DNA of 25,735 nt. Source: a virus. Taxonomy: Duplodnaviria; Heunggongvirae; Uroviricota; Caudoviricetes. The stretch lies in the IMG/VR virus record IMGVR_UViG_2534681655_000008; one strand, written 5' to 3'. How positions within the stretch are numbered: position 1 is the first letter of the stretch; the number at the start of each line of letters is the position of its first letter. Below, in pieces: positions 23,340 to 25,735 of this stretch. The notes beneath the pieces are model-generated. The model ran no database searches and was not told the DNA's origin. It saw only the letters and a program-made list of their open reading frames with translations. The position numbers and the translations under genes are program-made.

Positions 23340-24877
23340 TTATTCAGTCGGCAGTGCTACGCGCCAGGGGAGCAGTTCGCCGACCCGGTTTATCGGCCAG
23401 TCGGCTATGACGTCAAGGACATAGCGGAGGTAGCTTTCTGGCTCCACTCCGTTCAGTTTGCACGTCCCGATCAGGCTGTACAGCAGCGCTCCCCGCTCTC
23501 CTCCATGATCCGAACCGAAGAACAGGTAGTTTTTGCGGCCCAGACTGACCATCCGCAACGCATTTTCAGCGATGTTATTGTCCGCCTCAGCCCAGCCATC
23601 ATCTGCATAGTACGTCAGCGCCAGCCACTGGTTCAGGGCGTATGCGAACGCTTTCGCCAGTTCTGAGTGTCGCGACAGGGTTTTCATCTTTTCACGCAGC
23701 CAGCTTTCCAGGGATTTCAGCAGCGGTTTCGTTTTCAACTGACGTTCGGCAAGGCGCTGCTCCGCCGTCATTCCCCTTATCTCTGCCTCGATGGCGTACA
23801 GTTCGCCGATCCGTTCAGCGCTTCCTCCGTCAGGGCTGACGGGGTGCGAACGTGCACATCGTGGATTTTACGGCGGGCGTGAGCCCAACAGGCGGCTTCC
23901 GTTATCCGGCCATCCCGGTACAGCTCGTTGAACCCGGCGTATGCATCCGCCTGCAGTACACCACTGAACCCCGCAAGATGGGTCTGCGGATGGATGCCTT
24001 TTCTGTCCGGGCTGTAAGCGAACCACACCGCCGGCGCCAGCGTTGACCCGGCGTTACGGTCGTCACGAACGTAGGTCCATAACCGCCCGGTCTTCGTTTT
24101 CTTATTGCCTGGCAACAGCACCGGGACAGGCGTGTCATCAGCATGGAGCTTACCGTCAGTCAGCACATAGTCCTGAAGCGCTTCTTCCAGCGGTGACAGT
24201 AGCCGGCAGCATGCATCCACCCAGCCCGACAGCAGTGAACGACTCAGCTCCACGCCCTGGCGGCCGTACATTTCAGACTGGCGGTACAGCGGGGTGTGCT
24301 CTGCATACTTTGAGATCAGCACGCGGGCCAGCAGCCCCGGTCCTGCGATACCCCGCTCGATGGGCCGTGAAGGCGCGGGGGCCTGCACGATGGCATCGCA
24401 CTGAGTACAGGCATGCTTTTCACGTACAGTCCGGATAACCCGGAAGGCGCTGCGCATCAACTCCAGCTGTTCGGCGGCATCCTCACCCAGATAGCTCAGC
24501 GAGCCTCCACATTCCGGGCAGCATGACGCTGCCGGCAGCAGCCGTTTTTCATCGCGGGGGAGTGATTCGGGGAACGGTTTGCGGGTGCGGGTTTGACGCA
24601 GCGGGCGCTGCACGGCCGGGTCGTCAACCCGACCGGTAAGGGTATCACTTTCTTTCTGAAGTGCCTTCAGGTCAGCTTCCATCTGTGCGATACGACGGGA
24701 GACTTTTTCCGAGCGGCTGCCGAAGTTCATCCGGCGCAGCTTATCCAGCTGTGCCTGCAGATGGTCTATTTCGCGTTCACGCTCGTTCAGCTTTTCCAGC
24801 AGGGCACGGTTCAGCGCCTCCTGTTCGGCAAGGAGACGTTTCAGTGCATTGATATCGTCAGGAAGTGAGCTGCTCAT
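23340..24877 (-). pseudogene. tnpC: IS66-family transposase TnpC, split into two frames by an apparent 1-nt deletion near 23814-23818
   Basis: N-terminal ORF (24877-23777) and C-terminal ORF (23771-23340) both match IS66 TnpC; the C-terminal frame is open upstream and would read ...[22 protein letters not shown]... as recalled for intact homologues. Confidence 0.7.
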
Positions 24878-24936
24878 ACCGGGTATATTACCAGGCTCAT
24901 TCAGCGTCGACCAGGATAAAGAGGCTTACAACATAG

Positions 24937-25272
24937 TCAGGACGTAAGTAGTCTTTTAGGCTGCCGCCAGTCGATACCTTCCAGCAGCATCGCCAGCTGT
25001 GCCGGTGTGAGGAACACTTTGCCATCCCGGGCTGACGGCCAGGCGAAGCGGCCGCGCTCCAGCCGTTTGGTCAGCAGACACAGTCCATCGCCGGTAGACC
25101 AGAGGAGCTTTACCTGACTGCCATTACGCCCACGGAAGATAAAAACGTGACCTGACATCGGATCGTCTTTCAGCGTCGTCTGCACCTTTGCCGCCAGGCC
25201 GTTGAAGCCGTTTCTCATATCGGTGATGCCAGCGACCAGCCAGATCTTTGTCCCTGATGGTAATGGGATCAA
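24937..25272 (-). CDS. tnpB: IS66-family accessory protein TnpB (Orf2)
   Basis: 111 aa MIPLPSGTKIWLVAGITDMRNGFNGLAAKVQ... matches recalled IS66 Orf2. Confidence 0.85.
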   Translation of the reverse strand: MIPLPSGTKIWLVAGITDMRNGFNGLAAKVQTTLKDDPMSGHVFIFRGRNGSQVKLLWSTGDGLCLLTKRLERGRFAWPSARDGKVFLTPAQLAMLLEGIDWRQPKRLLTS

Positions 25273-25673
25273 CGTTTGAGCTCCCGTATCAGCAGGTTCA
25301 GGATATTTTCGCTGATGGCACCATTCAGACGGAGTGATCCGTGCCGGAACGTCACTTCACAGCTGATATTGAGTGATTCAGGTGTCGCAGCAGCTACAGG
25401 TTGTGACCGGGGGGAGGTTGTAGGGACAACATCTTCGGCATCAAGTGTTATCGGGAGCAGCTCAGGCACGTTGTTTTCTGTTGTTGAAGGAGGACGTAGT
25501 TTTCCTTCGCGCCAGTACTGGCGCCACTTGAACAGCAAATTATCGTTGATCCCATGCTCACGAGCGAGTTGCGCTACGGAGATCTCTGGTCGATGCGAGA
25601 GTTCCACCATTTTGATTTTGAACTCAACGGGATAATTAGGGCTTTTTTTACGCACTGCGGTTAATGATTTCAT
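25269..25673 (-). CDS. tnpA: IS66-family accessory protein TnpA (Orf1)
   Basis: ELSHRPEISVAQLAREHGINDNLLFKWRQ... HTH-like Orf1 signature; start may be at an internal Met (25610). Confidence 0.7.
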   Translation of the reverse strand: MKSLTAVRKKSPNYPVEFKIKMVELSHRPEISVAQLAREHGINDNLLFKWRQYWREGKLRPPSTTENNVPELLPITLDAEDVVPTTSPRSQPVAAATPESLNISCEVTFRHGSLRLNGAISENILNLLIRELKR

Positions 25674-25735
25674 GAATAGCGTCCACCATATTTGGTGTCC
25701 ACTATTCTCTCAGGAATTTCAGGATCTGCCAGACG

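Larger units (their letters stand above)
23303..25735 (-). mobile_element. IS66-family insertion sequence (partial; continues beyond window end), terminal repeat beginning GTAAGCG at 23303
   Basis: Contains IS66-type tnpA, tnpB and tnpC on the minus strand; terminal GTAAGCG typical of IS66-family ends. Confidence 0.8.

Overview
The window is a roughly 23 kb stretch of a lambdoid (lambda / phage 21 / phage 82-like) prophage from an enterobacterial host, almost certainly E. coli or Shigella given the IS2 and IS66-family elements. It is bounded on the left by the 3' end of an IS2 copy (1-403) that truncates a phage early gene, and on the right by an IS66-family element (23303 to window end) inserted into the tail gene T region, so the prophage is probably defective. 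Left to right: leftward early genes; a long untranslated leader carrying operator-like repeats, a terminator-like hairpin with a boxA-like motif and a 15-bp inverted repeat; the immunity region (CI-like repressor, divergent Cro-like gene); early genes including two that look frameshifted; Rha; a replication gene with internal iteron-like repeats; a nin-like block (PerC-like, Dam methyltransferase, LexA-domain protein, RusA, KilA-N, DUF968/HNH); Q antiterminator; an AT-rich lipoprotein moron on the opposite strand; four tRNA genes followed by a highly structured non-coding segment; a lysis cassette (S21-type dual-start pinholin, DUF1327 gene, a convergent antisense small ORF, SAR endolysin, Rz with embedded Rz1); a cos-like site; then lambda-like terminase, gpW, portal, a protease-capsid fusion and tail genes Z, U, V, G and a truncated T. 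The most interesting unexplained signals are the structured segment downstream of the tRNAs, the atypical second tRNA, the antisense ORF inside the lysis cassette, the lipoprotein moron, the iteron-like repeats and the leader structures. All calls rest on reading the sequence and recalled family knowledge; no database search or folding was run.
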